Source: Escherichia coli
Lineage (GTDB): Bacteria > Pseudomonadota > Gammaproteobacteria > Enterobacterales > Enterobacteriaceae
Strand: one strand, 5' to 3'
DNA length: 64,000 nucleotides
Assembly: GCF_044324785.1 (NCBI RefSeq)
Contig: NZ_CP172127.1
This document shows, in pieces, positions 10,978 through 24,866 of the stretch. The position numbers and the translations under genes are program-made. Each line of letters begins with the position of its first letter. The first letter of the stretch is position 1. Under the pieces are notes generated by a model that saw only the letters and a list, made by a program, of their open reading frames with translations, was not told the DNA's origin and did no database searches.

Positions 10978-10982
10978 AAGAG

Positions 10983-11004
10983 AACCGGGGCCGAAACCCC
11001 GGTT
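10983..11004. terminator. Hairpin between convergent ycaC and dmsC (candidate bidirectional terminator)
   Basis: aaccgggg-ccgaaa-ccccggtt perfect 8-bp stem directly after the ycaC stop. Confidence 0.5.
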
Positions 11005-11011
11005 GTTATGA

Positions 11012-11875
11012 TTAGCTTGCGACGGCCATCCCCACGGTCATATGCAAACCATAGAATACGCCACGACCGATTAATTCCCCTGCCAGAAGCAGAATGAATG
11101 ATACGGATAGTAGCGGAACCGCAGGCTGATAACCTTTTAGCTGTGGTGCAATCCACAAACACAGGGCAACAGCCAAAAGCACGATCCGCCAGGACATCAG
11201 CGCACCATAGTCCGGCACCAGCGCTGCGGCCTGCTGCACAGAGCTATGAATAGTCGCCAGCTCTGCGCCCTGCATCACTGACACCACGCCACTCACTACC
11301 AGGGCCAGTACAGAAATGGCTGGCAGCAGACGCATCGCCCAGCCATCGACGCCAGCCAGACTCAGCAACAGGTAACCCAGTAACGGGCCGCCCATAAACA
11401 TCGTCAGGAAGAAGCCCATCGGCGTCCAGATGCTGTACCAGGTCGGAACGGTATCAATGCTGTTATACACACGCACCATCATCCAGACAAAGATGACGCC
11501 AAGAACCATCGTCACTATCAGCCACAGCGTACGCAATGCCGGTGACAGCTTTTTCAGCATTGCCAGCAACCAGCCGATGCCACCAACAGCAAAAAAGATC
11601 GAACCGCTGGCGATTTCGTTACTGAGTGCTGAAGCCCCTACCCGGTTGAGCGAGTTAAAGGCGCGCATCGGTGAACCAAGATGAAGCATAGAGGCGATAA
11701 AGCCAATGCCCATCAGCACCCATAAACCAAACATGCAGGCAATAACACGCTGCTGGGCTTCTGCTCGCAGGTCGCCTTTGAGCAGCGCCAAAGCCAGAAC
11801 GATAAAACTACCCGCTACACATTGCCCGAAGACCGTGAAGATCATCAGCGGCCATTCATGCCATCCACTTCCCAT
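11012..11875 (-). CDS. dmsC: DMSO reductase membrane anchor subunit DmsC
   Basis: Multi-TM protein. Start placed at the internal Met (MGSGWHEWPLMIFTVF...), which overlaps the dmsB stop as in K-12; the ORF-track frame extends to 11938. Confidence 0.8.
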   Translation of the reverse strand: MGSGWHEWPLMIFTVFGQCVAGSFIVLALALLKGDLRAEAQQRVIACMFGLWVLMGIGFIASMLHLGSPMRAFNSLNRVGASALSNEIASGSIFFAVGGIGWLLAMLKKLSPALRTLWLIVTMVLGVIFVWMMVRVYNSIDTVPTWYSIWTPMGFFLTMFMGGPLLGYLLLSLAGVDGWAMRLLPAISVLALVVSGVVSVMQGAELATIHSSVQQAAALVPDYGALMSWRIVLLAVALCLWIAPQLKGYQPAVPLLSVSFILLLAGELIGRGVFYGLHMTVGMAVAS

Positions 11876-11876
11876 C

Positions 11877-12494
11877 TCACACCTCCTTCGGGTTTGCCAG
11901 ATAGCCAGTGGTATCCCCGGTCGGGCGGCTGTTGGCATTGGGTTTGATCACAATATTCGGTTTGGTAAAGTGAGCTCGCGGCAACGGCGCAACGGCCGCC
12001 AGATCGCCATGTTTTTTACGCAGCTCGTCGATAGGGCCGAAATCCAGCGCCCGCAGCGGGCAAGATTCAACACAGATCGGCTTTTTCCCCTCCGCAACAC
12101 GGTCATAACAACCATCGCATTTGGTCATATGGCCTTTCGTTTCGTTATATTGCGGTGCGCCATACGGGCAAGCCATATGGCAGTAGCGGCAGCCAATGCA
12201 CACATCTTCATCGACCACAACAAAACCATCTTCACGTTTATGCATCGCACCGCTCGGGCAGACTTTAGTACAAGCCGGATCTTCGCAGTGGTTACATGAA
12301 ATCGACAGATAGTAGGCAAACACGTTCTGATGCCAGACACCGTTATCTTCCTGCCAGTCACCGCCAGCATATTCATAAATGCGGCGGAAGCTGACTTCCG
12401 GCGTCAGATCTTTATAGTCTTTACAGGCCAGCTCGCAGGTTTTGCAACCGGTGCAACGGCTGGAATCAATAAAAAATCCATACTGGGTTGTCAT
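11877..12494 (-). CDS. dmsB: DMSO reductase iron-sulfur subunit DmsB
   Basis: 205 aa with four Cys-rich ferredoxin-type motifs (CxxCxxCxxxCP). Confidence 0.9.
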   Translation of the reverse strand: MTTQYGFFIDSSRCTGCKTCELACKDYKDLTPEVSFRRIYEYAGGDWQEDNGVWHQNVFAYYLSISCNHCEDPACTKVCPSGAMHKREDGFVVVDEDVCIGCRYCHMACPYGAPQYNETKGHMTKCDGCYDRVAEGKKPICVESCPLRALDFGPIDELRKKHGDLAAVAPLPRAHFTKPNIVIKPNANSRPTGDTTGYLANPKEV

Positions 12495-12504
12495 CGGTTA
12501 CTCC

Positions 12505-14949
12505 TTACACCTTTTCAACCTGAACAAGGTTTGTATGTGACGGATTCCCCTTAGCGAGAGGAGACGGACGTTGAGTGGTCAGTACGTTGATACAACCGCC
12601 CTTATCGACACGTTTTGCATCCGGGTCATACCAGGCACCTTCACCCAGTGCGACCACACCCGGCATCATTCGTGGCGTCACTTTCGCCTCAATATGAACC
12701 TCACCACGGTCGTTAAAGATCCTGACCTTATCGCCGTTGTTGATACCGCGTTTTTGTGCATCAAGCGGGTTGATCCACATTTCCTGACGGCAAGCTGCTT
12801 TCAGCACATCAACGTTGCCGTAAGTTGAGTGAACGCGAGATTTATAGTGGAAGCCAGTAAGCTGCAGCGGATATTGTTTGTTCAGCGGATCCTGATAACT
12901 TTCAAAGCCCGGCGTGTAGATCGGCAGTGGATCGATCACGTCGCCTTCTGGCAATTCCCAGGTAGCGGCAATGTCAGCCAGCGCCTGCGAATAAATCTCA
13001 ATTTTACCCGATGGCGTGGTCAGTGGATTTGCCTGCGGATCTTCACGGAAGGCTTTATAAGCAACGTGATGCCCTTGTGGGTCGCGCTTTTTAAAGATCC
13101 CCTGCTTGCGGAACTCTTCAAACGTTGGCAGTTCAGGAATCGCTTCCCGCGACTGGGCATACAGATGCCGCATCCACTCTTCCTGGGTACGGCCTTCAGT
13201 AAACTGTTGCTCAACGCCAAGACGTTTTGCCAGTTCGCTGGTCATTTCATAGATGGTCTTACATTCAAAGCGCGGTTTAATCACCTGATCGTTGAAAATC
13301 ACGTAAGACATATTCCCGCAGGATGCATCCAGTGCAAAGTCCATCTGTTCGGAAGCGGTGCAGTCAGGTAGCAGGATGTCAGCATATTTCGCCGATGAGG
13401 TCATGTGGCAGTCGATAACCACAATCAGCTCGCACTTCTTATCATCCTGAAGGATTTCATGGGTACGGTTGATTTCAGAATGCTGGTTAATCAGGCAGTT
13501 ACCGGCATAGTTCCAGATCATTTTGATCGGCACATCCAGCTTATCTTTCCCGCGCACACCATCACGCAGCGCCGTCATTTCCGGGCCACGTTCAATGGCA
13601 TCGGTCCACATAAACATAGAAATGCTGGTCTGGATCGGGTTTTCGAGGGTCGGCATACGGACAAACGGTAAGCTGTATGAACCTTCACGCGCGCCGCTGT
13701 TCCCTCCATTAATACCAACGTTACCGGTCAGAATCGCCAGCATCGAGATAGCACGGGTTGCGATTTCACCGTTAGCGTGACGCTGCGGGCCCCATCCCTG
13801 GCTGATAAACGCCGGTTTGGTACTACCGATTTCACGAGCCAATTTGATGATTTTGTCTGCCGGAACACCGGTGATTTGCGAGGCCCATTCCGGCGTTTTA
13901 GCCACGCCATCTGGCCCTTCACCCAGAATATAAGCTTTATAGTGACCATTTTTCGGCGCACTGGCTGGCAGTGTTTTCTCGTCGTAGCCAACGCAATATT
14001 TATCGAGGAATGCCTGATCCACCAGGTTTTCGGTGATCATGACATACGCCAGACCGTTAACCAGTGCGGCATCTGTTCCCGGACGAATAGGGATCCACTC
14101 ATCTTCACGCCCGGCACCGGTGTCGGTATAGCGCGGATCGATGATGATCATGCGAGCATTAGATTTCTGGCGCGCCTGTTCAAGATAGTAAGTCACCCCA
14201 CCGCCACTCATTCGCGTTTCGCCAGGGTTATTACCAAACAGCACTACCAGCTTACTGTTTTCGATATCCGACGGGCTGTTACCATCTGCCCAGCCGCCGT
14301 AGGTATAGTTCAAACCTTCCGCAATTTGCGCGGAAGAGTAGTCACCGTAATGGTTCAGATAACCGCCGCAGCAGTTCATCAGGCGCGCGACCAGGGTATT
14401 TCCCGGCGGCCAGGAGCGGGTCATGGTACCGCCCAGCGTACCGGTGCCATAGTTCAGATAGATAGACTCGTTGCCGTACTCTTTGATAAGGCGCTGCATA
14501 TTGGTCGCGATGATGTCGTAGGCTTCTTCCCAGCTAATGCGCTCGAATTTGCCTTCACCGCGCGCCCCGACTCGTTTCATCGGATATTTCAGGCGGTCCG
14601 GATTGTAGACACGGCGACGCATGGAACGACCACGCAGACAGGCGCGCACCTGGTGCAGGCCGTCATAGTTGTCATCGCCAGTATTATCCGTTTCAACATA
14701 TTTGATTTCACCGTCCACGACGTGCATACGTAGCGGGCAGCGACTACCACAGTTAACTGTACAGGCGCTCCAGATAACCTTTTCGTCTGATTTTGTTGGA
14801 ATGGCGCTATCGACAGCGTGCGCAATCCGACTAAAAGGTAATGTTAATGCGCTGCTGGCCATTGCCAGGCCGCCGATCGCTGTCGTTTTTACCAAACCAC
14901 GGCGACTCACCTCAGCAGCCAATACCGCATCAGGGATTTTCGTTTTCAT
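12505..14949 (-). CDS. dmsA: DMSO reductase catalytic subunit DmsA (molybdopterin oxidoreductase)
   Basis: 814 aa; twin-arginine signal (SRRGLVKTTAIGGLA); molybdopterin oxidoreductase fold. Confidence 0.9.
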   Translation of the reverse strand: MKTKIPDAVLAAEVSRRGLVKTTAIGGLAMASSALTLPFSRIAHAVDSAIPTKSDEKVIWSACTVNCGSRCPLRMHVVDGEIKYVETDNTGDDNYDGLHQVRACLRGRSMRRRVYNPDRLKYPMKRVGARGEGKFERISWEEAYDIIATNMQRLIKEYGNESIYLNYGTGTLGGTMTRSWPPGNTLVARLMNCCGGYLNHYGDYSSAQIAEGLNYTYGGWADGNSPSDIENSKLVVLFGNNPGETRMSGGGVTYYLEQARQKSNARMIIIDPRYTDTGAGREDEWIPIRPGTDAALVNGLAYVMITENLVDQAFLDKYCVGYDEKTLPASAPKNGHYKAYILGEGPDGVAKTPEWASQITGVPADKIIKLAREIGSTKPAFISQGWGPQRHANGEIATRAISMLAILTGNVGINGGNSGAREGSYSLPFVRMPTLENPIQTSISMFMWTDAIERGPEMTALRDGVRGKDKLDVPIKMIWNYAGNCLINQHSEINRTHEILQDDKKCELIVVIDCHMTSSAKYADILLPDCTASEQMDFALDASCGNMSYVIFNDQVIKPRFECKTIYEMTSELAKRLGVEQQFTEGRTQEEWMRHLYAQSREAIPELPTFEEFRKQGIFKKRDPQGHHVAYKAFREDPQANPLTTPSGKIEIYSQALADIAATWELPEGDVIDPLPIYTPGFESYQDPLNKQYPLQLTGFHYKSRVHSTYGNVDVLKAACRQEMWINPLDAQKRGINNGDKVRIFNDRGEVHIEAKVTPRMMPGVVALGEGAWYDPDAKRVDKGGCINVLTTQRPSPLAKGNPSHTNLVQVEKV

Positions 14950-15141
14950 AATGGCTCACTCAAGCTTGCTCACGATTGATTCCAGTAACAAACCGTATTG
15001 TGTAATTATTTCTATAGCAGGTCGCTATATAGGCTTGTATACATCGAATAATTTGAAAATCAAAGAGATAGGTAGATTTTCACTCGAAAGTAGTATTACG
15101 TGTAAGTGAGGAGTAATTATTGTTCGGTATCAAAGGGAGAC

Positions 15142-15167
15142 AAAAAAAGCGCCCGCAGGCGCTTTTT
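15142..15167 (-). terminator. Rho-independent terminator downstream of serS
   Basis: caaaaaaagcgcccgcaggcgcttttt: GC-rich stem with an A-run on one side and a T-run on the other; sits between the serS stop and the dmsA upstream region. Confidence 0.6.
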
Positions 15168-15187
15168 AGATTCAGAAAAATTGGGTA

Positions 15188-16501
<1,314 letters not shown>

Positions 16502-16570
16502 TTAAATGGGAGATGTGGCCACAGCCTGCGACCACAGGGATACAGTAACAACATTACCGCAACGATAACA

Positions 16571-17914
16571 TTAACGGTAGCGTTTTATGGGGCTATTTTG
16601 ATCCTGTTCAGCCAGCCAGGCGAGCTTTTCGCCAATCTTGCCTTCAAGGCCCCTGTTTGTCGGGAAATAATAGCGTGTTTGTGCTATTTCCGGCGGGAAG
16701 TAAACCTCACCGGCAGCATAAGCGTTTGCTTCATCATGAGCGTAACGATATTCCTGCCCGTAGCCCATTTCCTTCATTAATTTCGTCGGCGCATTACGCA
16801 AATGAACCGGCACGTCATAATCCGGACGTTCGCGAGCATCCGCCAGCGCGGCTTTAAACGCAGTGTAGACAGCGTTGCTTTTTGGCGCGCAGGCCAGGTA
16901 AACAATCGCCTGAGCAATGGCGCGTTCACCTTCCGCCGGGCCCACTCGGGTAAAGCAATCCCAGGCCGCAATTGCCACCTGCATCGCTCGTGGGTCAGCA
17001 TTACCAACGTCTTCCGACGCTATCGCCAGACAGCGACGCGCAACATATAACGGATCGCCACCGGCGGTAATAATTCGCGCATACCAGTACAGCGCCGCAT
17101 CGGGTGCGCTACCACGTACCGACTTATGCAGCGCAGAGATCAGATCGTAAAAGCGATCGCCTTTGTTATCAAAGCGGGCGCTACGTTCACCAGCGATTTC
17201 GGTCAGTAATTCAGGCTTCAGGACACGCTTGCCGCAGTCATCAACTTCGGCCATATCCGCCATCATTTCCAGCGTATTCAACGCCCGGCGCGCGTCACCA
17301 TTCACCAGTTCAGCAATGGCGCGTCGCGTTTCATCTGGCAGAACTATATCCTGACCACCATAGCCACGGGTTTTGTCTTCCATCGCCTGAGTAAGCACCT
17401 GCTCAATATCCTCTGTACTCAGGGATTTCAGCAGATAGACACGGGCACGGGAAAGCAGTGCCGAGTTAAGTTCAAACGACGGGTTTTCAGTGGTTGCGCC
17501 AATAAAAGTGATGGTGCCGTCTTCAATATGTGGCAGAAATGCATCCTGCTGGCTTTTGTTGAAACGGTGAACTTCGTCAACAAAAAGAATAGTGCGGCGA
17601 CCAGCATTGCGGTTTTGCCGAGCGCGCTCGATCGCCTCGCGAATCTCTTTCACGCCAGAAGTAACGGCAGAAATACGTTCCACATCAGCGTTCGCATAGC
17701 GGGCAATCACTTCAGCGAGGGTTGTTTTGCCGGTACCCGGTGGCCCCCAGAGGATCATAGAATGCAAATGCCCGGCTTCGATAGCACGCGGCAACGGCTT
17801 CCCCGCAGCCAACAAATGTTGTTGGCCGATATACTGTGCTAAATTTTCTGGCCGCATACGCGCGGCCAGAGGTTGAAAAGTATTATCCGAAAAATCGAGC
17901 GACAGATTGCTCAC
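16571..17914 (-). CDS. rarA: Replication-associated recombination protein A (AAA+ ATPase)
   Basis: 447 aa; Walker [10 protein letters not shown]. Confidence 0.9.
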   Translation of the reverse strand: MSNLSLDFSDNTFQPLAARMRPENLAQYIGQQHLLAAGKPLPRAIEAGHLHSMILWGPPGTGKTTLAEVIARYANADVERISAVTSGVKEIREAIERARQNRNAGRRTILFVDEVHRFNKSQQDAFLPHIEDGTITFIGATTENPSFELNSALLSRARVYLLKSLSTEDIEQVLTQAMEDKTRGYGGQDIVLPDETRRAIAELVNGDARRALNTLEMMADMAEVDDCGKRVLKPELLTEIAGERSARFDNKGDRFYDLISALHKSVRGSAPDAALYWYARIITAGGDPLYVARRCLAIASEDVGNADPRAMQVAIAAWDCFTRVGPAEGERAIAQAIVYLACAPKSNAVYTAFKAALADARERPDYDVPVHLRNAPTKLMKEMGYGQEYRYAHDEANAYAAGEVYFPPEIAQTRYYFPTNRGLEGKIGEKLAWLAEQDQNSPIKRYR

Positions 17915-17924
17915 TCAGGTGCCT

Positions 17925-18536
17925 CTACTTACGTTGATCATCTACCGTGACGCCTTGCGGCGGGGTGAAGGTAAATTTCGCTGCATCCACAGCCCCATTT
18001 TGCTGGGATTTCAGTTGATAACTGCTGCGCTGATCGTCCTGCTCCACCGCGCTAAACTGATGGATTGTGCCATCACGTCCCACGTTAATGGTGAACTGCT
18101 TCAGATTGCCATTGCTGGCTTTCGGCGTCAGGACAAAGTCATCGCCATTCTGTTTGATATTGTACTGCTGCCAGTCGCTGGACTGGTTGCGGGCAATCAG
18201 CATAAACGGCGTATTACCGGTGGCATCTTTCAGCCAGGTTGCCGTAGCTTGCTCAACGAACGGGTTATAGAACCACAGTGTTTTACCGTCAGAAACCAGA
18301 ATGCTTTCATCAGGTTGAGTCATATGCCAGTTGAATAAGTTTGGACGTTTCACCCACAGATCGCCCTGACCTTCCTGCACCGCCGCGCCGCTACCGTCAG
18401 TCACTTTTTGTGTGAAGCTGGCGTGGAAGCTGCTGACTTTATCCAGGCGGCTTTTCAGATCGCTTGCGGCATCAGCCCAAACGCTGCTTGCTACTAAGCT
18501 TGAGAGTAATGCACAGGTGATGGCAATTTTTTTCAT
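17925..18536 (-). CDS. lolA: Outer-membrane lipoprotein carrier protein LolA
   Basis: Signal peptide [21 protein letters not shown]; ~203 aa from the second Met. Confidence 0.9.
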
Positions 18537-18666
18537 CATTATTCCTCAAATTACGTCACTCCCGACCGGGAGTTCCCTCTACTCTCTATTCCAGGCTAAT
18601 AATCAGCTTGAGGAAAGAAGAAAATACTGAATTTTCAGTTGATAGAGTGCCGGATGCAACGCTACC

Positions 18667-19421
<755 letters not shown>

Positions 19422-19525
19422 ATCAGCATACTTGTCCTTAGCCTTCTGCAGTGACAGCTGGTAGTACAGCGTGCTTCTGGCCAGCCCTGCAGCCTTTAAC
19501 AGGTCAGACTGGCAGTGTCCGCACC

Positions 19526-20056
19526 TCAGGCTCCGGATGACTTTCGTTTTTTCTCCAGCTCCTGGCGCTTTTTTTCCAGGAGATGCTCCTGCATGGCTTT
19601 CAGATATGCATTTTCTGCGCGAAGATAACGCAGCTCATTCTTCATCTCTTCCGGCGTCATGTTTGCCTCGTTTTCATGGGTATCATCAGAACGGGTCATG
19701 CTTTTCTCCTTCCTGCGCCTGATAAAGGCCTCATTACCAGATTTGCGGTAGCCTTTTATCCAGTTTTTAACCGTGTTGTGGCTGGGAATGTTAAACCGGG
19801 CAGCTACCCGGGGTAGAGACTCAGAATGCCCGAGAGCATAAAGAACCACGCAAAGTTTATCTTCAGGAGAATAGCTACGCTTGTGTCTGCAATCCAGTGC
19901 CCGAGGACCGTGAAGAAGAAAAAGATTAATCCAGTGTGAGAGGCTGGTGTGAGAAAGTTGAAAGAGTTTTGCCGTAGAAATGATGCCTGCATGACCAGCC
20001 AGGTAATGATTTACAGCGGCAAGTTTTACTTCAAATGAATGTTTCATAAACTGCAC
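19526..20056 (-). CDS. IS3-family transposase OrfA (HTH DNA-binding)
   Basis: 176 aa with an HTH region and a C-terminal leucine-zipper-like coiled coil (ELRYLRAENAYLKAMQEHL). Confidence 0.75.
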   Translation of the reverse strand: MQFMKHSFEVKLAAVNHYLAGHAGIISTAKLFQLSHTSLSHWINLFLLHGPRALDCRHKRSYSPEDKLCVVLYALGHSESLPRVAARFNIPSHNTVKNWIKGYRKSGNEAFIRRRKEKSMTRSDDTHENEANMTPEEMKNELRYLRAENAYLKAMQEHLLEKKRQELEKKRKSSGA

Positions 20057-20102
20057 CTTCAGATGTCAGATTATGTCCAACATTTGGGGTGCAGTTCATA
20101 CC

Positions 20103-20123
20103 GCGCCTTATCCGGCCTACGAT
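20103..20123. repeat. REP-like (repetitive extragenic palindrome) remnant just 3' of ftsK
   Basis: cgccttatccggcctacg matches the canonical enterobacterial REP core as I recall it. Confidence 0.4.
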
Positions 20124-20130
20124 GCATTAA

Positions 20131-23100
20131 TTAGTCAAACGGCGGTGGGGCCAGCACTTCACGATTACCGTTGTGCCCCTGTTCGCTGACAATCCCCTGC
20201 GCTTCCATCTGTTCGATAATACGCGCTGCACGGTTATAACCAATGCGGAACTGACGCTGTACGCCAGAAATTGATGCTTTGCGTTTTTCAGTGACAAACT
20301 GCACCGCCTGATCGAACAACGGATCCAGTTCTTCAGCGCCATCGAAACCGCCCGCGCCACCTTCGCTTTCACTGTCGGAGGTGATGCCATCAACATACTG
20401 TGGGCGACCACGCGCTTTCCAGTCCTGCACCACGGCATGAACTTCCTGATCGCGAACAAAAGCACCATGAACACGTACCGGCAACGTGGAGTTCGGCCCA
20501 GAGTAAAGCATATCCCCCATACCCAGCAGTGATTCCGCGCCAGCCTGATCAAGAATGGTACGTGAGTCAATCTTACTGGATACGGTAAAGGCGATACGGG
20601 TCGGAATATTCGCTTTAATCAGACCAGTAATAACATCAACCGATGGACGCTGCGTTGCCAGTACGAGGTGGATACCCGCGGCACGGGCTTTTTGCGCCAG
20701 ACGTGCTATCAGCTCTTCCACTTTTTTACCTACCGTCATCATCAGGTCGGCAAATTCGTCCACCAACACCACAATGTACGGTTCTTTTTTCAGCACCGGA
20801 TGCTGGGCATCCATACTGTCACCCGGCTTCCAGTACGGGTCTGGAATCGGACGCATCATCCTATCGGCTTCAGCAATTTTTTCGTTATAACCCGCCAGAT
20901 TACGCACACCCAGCGCAGACATCAGTTTATAACGACGCTCCATCTCGTTAACACACCAGCGCAGCGCGTTGGCGGCATCTTTCATATCAGTAACGACTTC
21001 CGTTAACAGATGCGGGATGCCTTCATAAACCGAAAGCTCCAGCATTTTCGGGTCGATCATGATGAAACGCACATCTTCTGGCTGTGCTTTATAAAGCATG
21101 CTCAGGATCATCGCGTTCACACCGACAGACTTACCGGAACCGGTAGTCCCCGCAACCAACAAGTGCGGCATTTTCGCCAGATCGGCAACCACCGGCTCAC
21201 CGGCGATATCTTTACCCAGCACCACGGTTAATGGCGACGGATTATCGCGGAATTTGGCGTTATCCAAAACTTCGCGCAGATATACGGTTTGTCGTTTTTT
21301 ATTCGGTAACTCCAGACCTACATAGGGTTTGCCAGGAATAACTTCAACGACACGCACCGCCACCGTCGAAAGTGAACGGGCAAGGTCCCGTGACAAGTTA
21401 GAAATGCGCGCCGCTTTTACGCCCGGTGCCAGGTTCAATTCAAAGCGAGTGATAACCGGCCCCGGAGAATAATTGACGACATCGGCTTTAATACGGAAAT
21501 CAGCCAGACGCGCTTCCACCAGACGCGCCATTTGTTCAAGCGCAAAGGTATCTACCGGCTCCACTTCGCTCGGCGGAGGTGTCAGCAAATCCAGAGAAGG
21601 CAGCGGCGTCGTCGGTTTATGCAACGGACGGCTGTCGCCATTACGCATCAACAGCGGATGAAGCAGGGTATCCTGCGGCTGTGGCGCAACTGGCTGTTGT
21701 GGCTGCTGATACTGCGGCTGCGGTGCAACCGGTTGTTGTGGCTGCTGATACTGCGGCTGCGGCGCAACCGGTTGTTGTGGCTGCTGATACTGCGGCTGCG
21801 GTGCAACCGGTTGTTGCGGCTGCTGATATTGTGGCTGCGGCGCAACCTGCTGTTGTGGCTGCTGATACTGCGGCTGCGGCGCAACCGGCTGTTGCGGCTG
21901 CTGATATTGCTGCTGTGGCGCAACCGGCTGTTGTGGCTGCTGATACTGCTGCTGCGGTGCAACCGGTTGTTGCGGCTGCTGTACAGGTTCAACAATTGGC
22001 GTAAACAACGGTTCGTGTGGACCATCATCCAGCAACGCTTTCATTGGCGAAAATTCAAAATCATCCAGCGAGAACGGATTCGCCCCAGCCGGTTGTTCGC
22101 CGGAATAACGTTGTTGTTGAGTTTGCGCAAACTGACGAGCCAGTTCAGCCTCTGCCGCAGCATCTGCATCTTCTGCGTTTACGGGCACATCATGTTGATA
22201 CTGTTCGCCATAGCGTTGCTGCTGTGTCTGGGCGAACTGACGTGCCAGTTCATCCTGCTGCATCGCATCGATTTCATCATCGTTGTACTGATCGCCAGAA
22301 TCGTACTGATTGCGCTGGGCTTCACGGGCTTTTTCTTCCGCCGCACGCTGTGAGGGCAGCTTAATACCGTAAGACGCCAATTCACGACGAGTTGGCACGC
22401 GGATACGTTTCGGTCGTGGCAACTGCGGGCCAATCCCCTCTTTGACCTGCGGACGCGGTCCAGCGCTATTTGCCAGACTGAAGACTGGCGCGGCAACGGT
22501 TGCGGCAGCCCCCGTCGCCAGTGTCGCTTTTTTCACGCCAGATGCCAAAGGGGAAACAGCGGCAGCGGCTTCCACTGGAGGTACTGCTGCAACAGAAGGT
22601 GCTTTCAGCGAAGATTTGATCGGTTCTGGTTCTTTAACCGGTTCAGGAATCGGTTGATACCAGGCTGCAAGTTGTTCACGTTCACGGGCTCGCTTCTCTT
22701 CCACTTCTTCAAAGTAGTAAAGCGGCGGACGCGCGGGTTTTGTCTCTTCTACAACGGGTTCAGGCTCCACAACAGGCTGCTGTTCAACAGGTTGCGGCTG
22801 TTGGTACAACGGCTCCTGAGCGACTGGCTGCTGATAAGTTTGCTCAGTCTGGTATGTAGACTGTGGAGCAAAAGTGGATTGCTGCTCTTCGGCTTGCCAG
22901 GCGTTACCTGCCACCGATTGTTCTGGCGCAGGGGCGTAATACGGCTGTTGCGCAGACTGTTCCGCCGCAGTTGCATAATACGGCTGCTGAACAGGTTGTT
23001 CCGCCGCAGGCGCATAATACGGCTGCTGTGGCTGTACAGGTTGTTGCAGCGGCTCATTATATTGCACTGCAGGCTGCGCATATTGTGGCTGCTGTGGGTA

Positions 23101-24237
23101 ACCTTCCGGTGCAGGAGCAATCACCGGCTCTCCCGTTTGTGGCCCCGGTACAGGCTGCCAGGCTACTGTAGGTTGTGCAGGTGCAACATCAACAGAGGCA
23201 ACAGATGGCGTCTGAGTCACAGGTTCAACCGGTGCAGCCCAGCTTTGCGTCGCCGTGGTAGCAGCAGCTGCTACAGCAACAGGTTCGGTAATTGGCGCAC
23301 CGTTTAATAATGGATCGTACTCGTCATATTCTGGCTGCGTTGCACGATTGCCCGAAAAGAGGACGTCGTCAGGGTCGGCAGCCACACCGCGTGCAGTGTA
23401 GGTAATCTCTTCGTCATCATCCATCCGCTTACCGGAGAACAACGCAGCGTCTGTTTGCCGCCCCATCGGATTAATGAATTTTTCCGCCAACCGTTTACGA
23501 CGCGCTAGCGCGCCGCGAAGAATACGAGCACGGCGTGATTCATGCTGTTTGCCGTGATTTTCATCTTCATACTCTTCGTCATCTTCATACTCATCTTCAT
23601 CGACCCAGGTATCATCGCGACGGGTACGATTACTGGCGAAGGTGAGAATGTTTAAAATCCAGCCGCCGAGTTTTTCAGCAATGGTCACCCATGACCAACC
23701 GGTGAACAGCGTCAGACCCGCAGCCCAAACGCAGAGCAGCGCAATAGTTCCCCCGCTACTGTGTAGCAGTGGTTGTAGCGTAGTGCTTAGTAAGCTGCCA
23801 ATGACGCCACCGGAGGCAAAATACCAGATATCGTCAGCGTTGATTGCCGCCAGACCACAGGAGGTAAGGATGAGCGCCAAAACGCCAATGATGCGTAGCG
23901 AAACGGCAAAATAATCAATGTATTCGTCGCTGGACTGATGACGCCAGGCAAACCAACAACCGCCGACAATAATGACGGGAATGGTGTAAGCCATCACGCC
24001 AAAAATAAAGAACAGCGTATCTGCCAGCCATGCACCGGGCATCCCACCTAAATTATGGATAGGTTCATGCCAGGCCGTTTGCGACCAGCTGGGGTCCGAA
24101 GGGTTAAAGCTTAGTAAGGCAGCCATCAACCAGACGGCAAACAGGACAATAAGGATCAGCAACGCCTCCAGAAGGCGGCGGCCGCTACTTAACTTTGTCA
24201 ATGTGACTTCTTTGTCTTCAGTGTATTCCTGGCTCAA
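20131..24237 (-). CDS. ftsK: DNA translocase FtsK
   Basis: 1368 aa; N-terminal TM domain, long Pro/Gln-rich linker, C-terminal motor with Walker A GTTGSGKS. Confidence 0.9.
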   Translation of the reverse strand: MSQEYTEDKEVTLTKLSSGRRLLEALLILIVLFAVWLMAALLSFNPSDPSWSQTAWHEPIHNLGGMPGAWLADTLFFIFGVMAYTIPVIIVGGCWFAWRHQSSDEYIDYFAVSLRIIGVLALILTSCGLAAINADDIWYFASGGVIGSLLSTTLQPLLHSSGGTIALLCVWAAGLTLFTGWSWVTIAEKLGGWILNILTFASNRTRRDDTWVDEDEYEDDEEYEDENHGKQHESRRARILRGALARRKRLAEKFINPMGRQTDAALFSGKRMDDDEEITYTARGVAADPDDVLFSGNRATQPEYDEYDPLLNGAPITEPVAVAAAATTATQSWAAPVEPVTQTPSVASVDVAPAQPTVAWQPVPGPQTGEPVIAPAPEGYPQQPQYAQPAVQYNEPLQQPVQPQQPYYAPAAEQPVQQPYYATAAEQSAQQPYYAPAPEQSVAGNAWQAEEQQSTFAPQSTYQTEQTYQQPVAQEPLYQQPQPVEQQPVVEPEPVVEETKPARPPLYYFEEVEEKRAREREQLAAWYQPIPEPVKEPEPIKSSLKAPSVAAVPPVEAAAAVSPLASGVKKATLATGAAATVAAPVFSLANSAGPRPQVKEGIGPQLPRPKRIRVPTRRELASYGIKLPSQRAAEEKAREAQRNQYDSGDQYNDDEIDAMQQDELARQFAQTQQQRYGEQYQHDVPVNAEDADAAAEAELARQFAQTQQQRYSGEQPAGANPFSLDDFEFSPMKALLDDGPHEPLFTPIVEPVQQPQQPVAPQQQYQQPQQPVAPQQQYQQPQQPVAPQPQYQQPQQQVAPQPQYQQPQQPVAPQPQYQQPQQPVAPQPQYQQPQQPVAPQPQYQQPQQPVAPQPQDTLLHPLLMRNGDSRPLHKPTTPLPSLDLLTPPPSEVEPVDTFALEQMARLVEARLADFRIKADVVNYSPGPVITRFELNLAPGVKAARISNLSRDLARSLSTVAVRVVEVIPGKPYVGLELPNKKRQTVYLREVLDNAKFRDNPSPLTVVLGKDIAGEPVVADLAKMPHLLVAGTTGSGKSVGVNAMILSMLYKAQPEDVRFIMIDPKMLELSVYEGIPHLLTEVVTDMKDAANALRWCVNEMERRYKLMSALGVRNLAGYNEKIAEADRMMRPIPDPYWKPGDSMDAQHPVLKKEPYIVVLVDEFADLMMTVGKKVEELIARLAQKARAAGIHLVLATQRPSVDVITGLIKANIPTRIAFTVSSKIDSRTILDQAGAESLLGMGDMLYSGPNSTLPVRVHGAFVRDQEVHAVVQDWKARGRPQYVDGITSDSESEGGAGGFDGAEELDPLFDQAVQFVTEKRKASISGVQRQFRIGYNRAARIIEQMEAQGIVSEQGHNGNREVLAPPPFD
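21680..21990. repeat. In-frame tandem 39-bp repeats within the ftsK linker (encoding [13 protein letters not shown] units)
   Basis: About 7-8 near-identical copies of ctgctgatactgcggctgcggtgcaaccggttgttgtgg read directly from the sequence. Confidence 0.8.
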
Positions 24238-24371
24238 GAAAGGCTCTCCAGGTTACAGGCTTTTCCTGCCCGATGCTAAAACGGACAACAGTACCAGGTT
24301 ACCCCAGTACTGTTGCTGTATGGATTAACAGGAGTGTAATCAAAATACGCCGATTTTGCACCTGTTCCGTG

Positions 24372-24866
24372 TTAGCGCGTCTTAATAACCAGACGATTAC
24401 TCTGCTTGACTTCTTCCATAACAACGTATGTCCGTGTGTCATTGACGCCAGGCAGACGCAGCAGGGTTTCCCCCAGCAACTTACGGTAAGCTGACATATC
24501 CGGCACGCGTGTTTTCAACAGGTAGTCGAAATCACCGGATACTAAATGACACTCCTGAATTTCTTCAAGTTTTTGTACAGCGGTATTGAATTGTTCAAAC
24601 ACATCCGGTGCGCCACGATTCAGAGTAATCTCAACGAATACCAGAAGTGATGCATCCAGATAATGAGGGTTCAGCAGCGCCGTATAGCCCTGAATAAACC
24701 CTTGTCTTTCCAGCCGACGCACACGCTCAAGGCACGGCGTTGGGGAAAGTCCCACACGTTTAGAAAGCTCGACGTTAGAAATACGCCCATCCTTTTGCAA
24801 CTCATTAAGAATGTTACGATCGATACGGTCGAGATCTTTGCCAGGGCGCTTCTTGCTATCTACCAT
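24372..24866 (-). CDS. lrp: Leucine-responsive regulatory protein Lrp
   Basis: 164 aa from MVDSKKRPGKDLDRIDRNIL...; the ORF-track frame extends 18 codons further upstream. Confidence 0.95.
   Translation of the reverse strand: MVDSKKRPGKDLDRIDRNILNELQKDGRISNVELSKRVGLSPTPCLERVRRLERQGFIQGYTALLNPHYLDASLLVFVEITLNRGAPDVFEQFNTAVQKLEEIQECHLVSGDFDYLLKTRVPDMSAYRKLLGETLLRLPGVNDTRTYVVMEEVKQSNRLVIKTR

Noticed and set aside
13777-14733. 318-aa plus-strand ORF (and 12829-13371) inside dmsA
   Set aside because: Antisense to the conserved dmsA coding sequence, with no independent support.
21680-21990. Possible CRISPR array suggested by regular direct repeats
   Set aside because: The repeats are contiguous 39-bp units with no spacers, in frame within ftsK; there is no leader and no cas genes.
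21532-23307. Long plus-strand ORFs (273 aa, 217 aa, 141 aa and others) antisense to the ftsK linker
   Set aside because: They lie entirely within the Pro/Gln-rich tandem-repeat region of ftsK; the Arg/Leu-rich translations are the expected antisense artefact of CAG/CCG-rich repeats.
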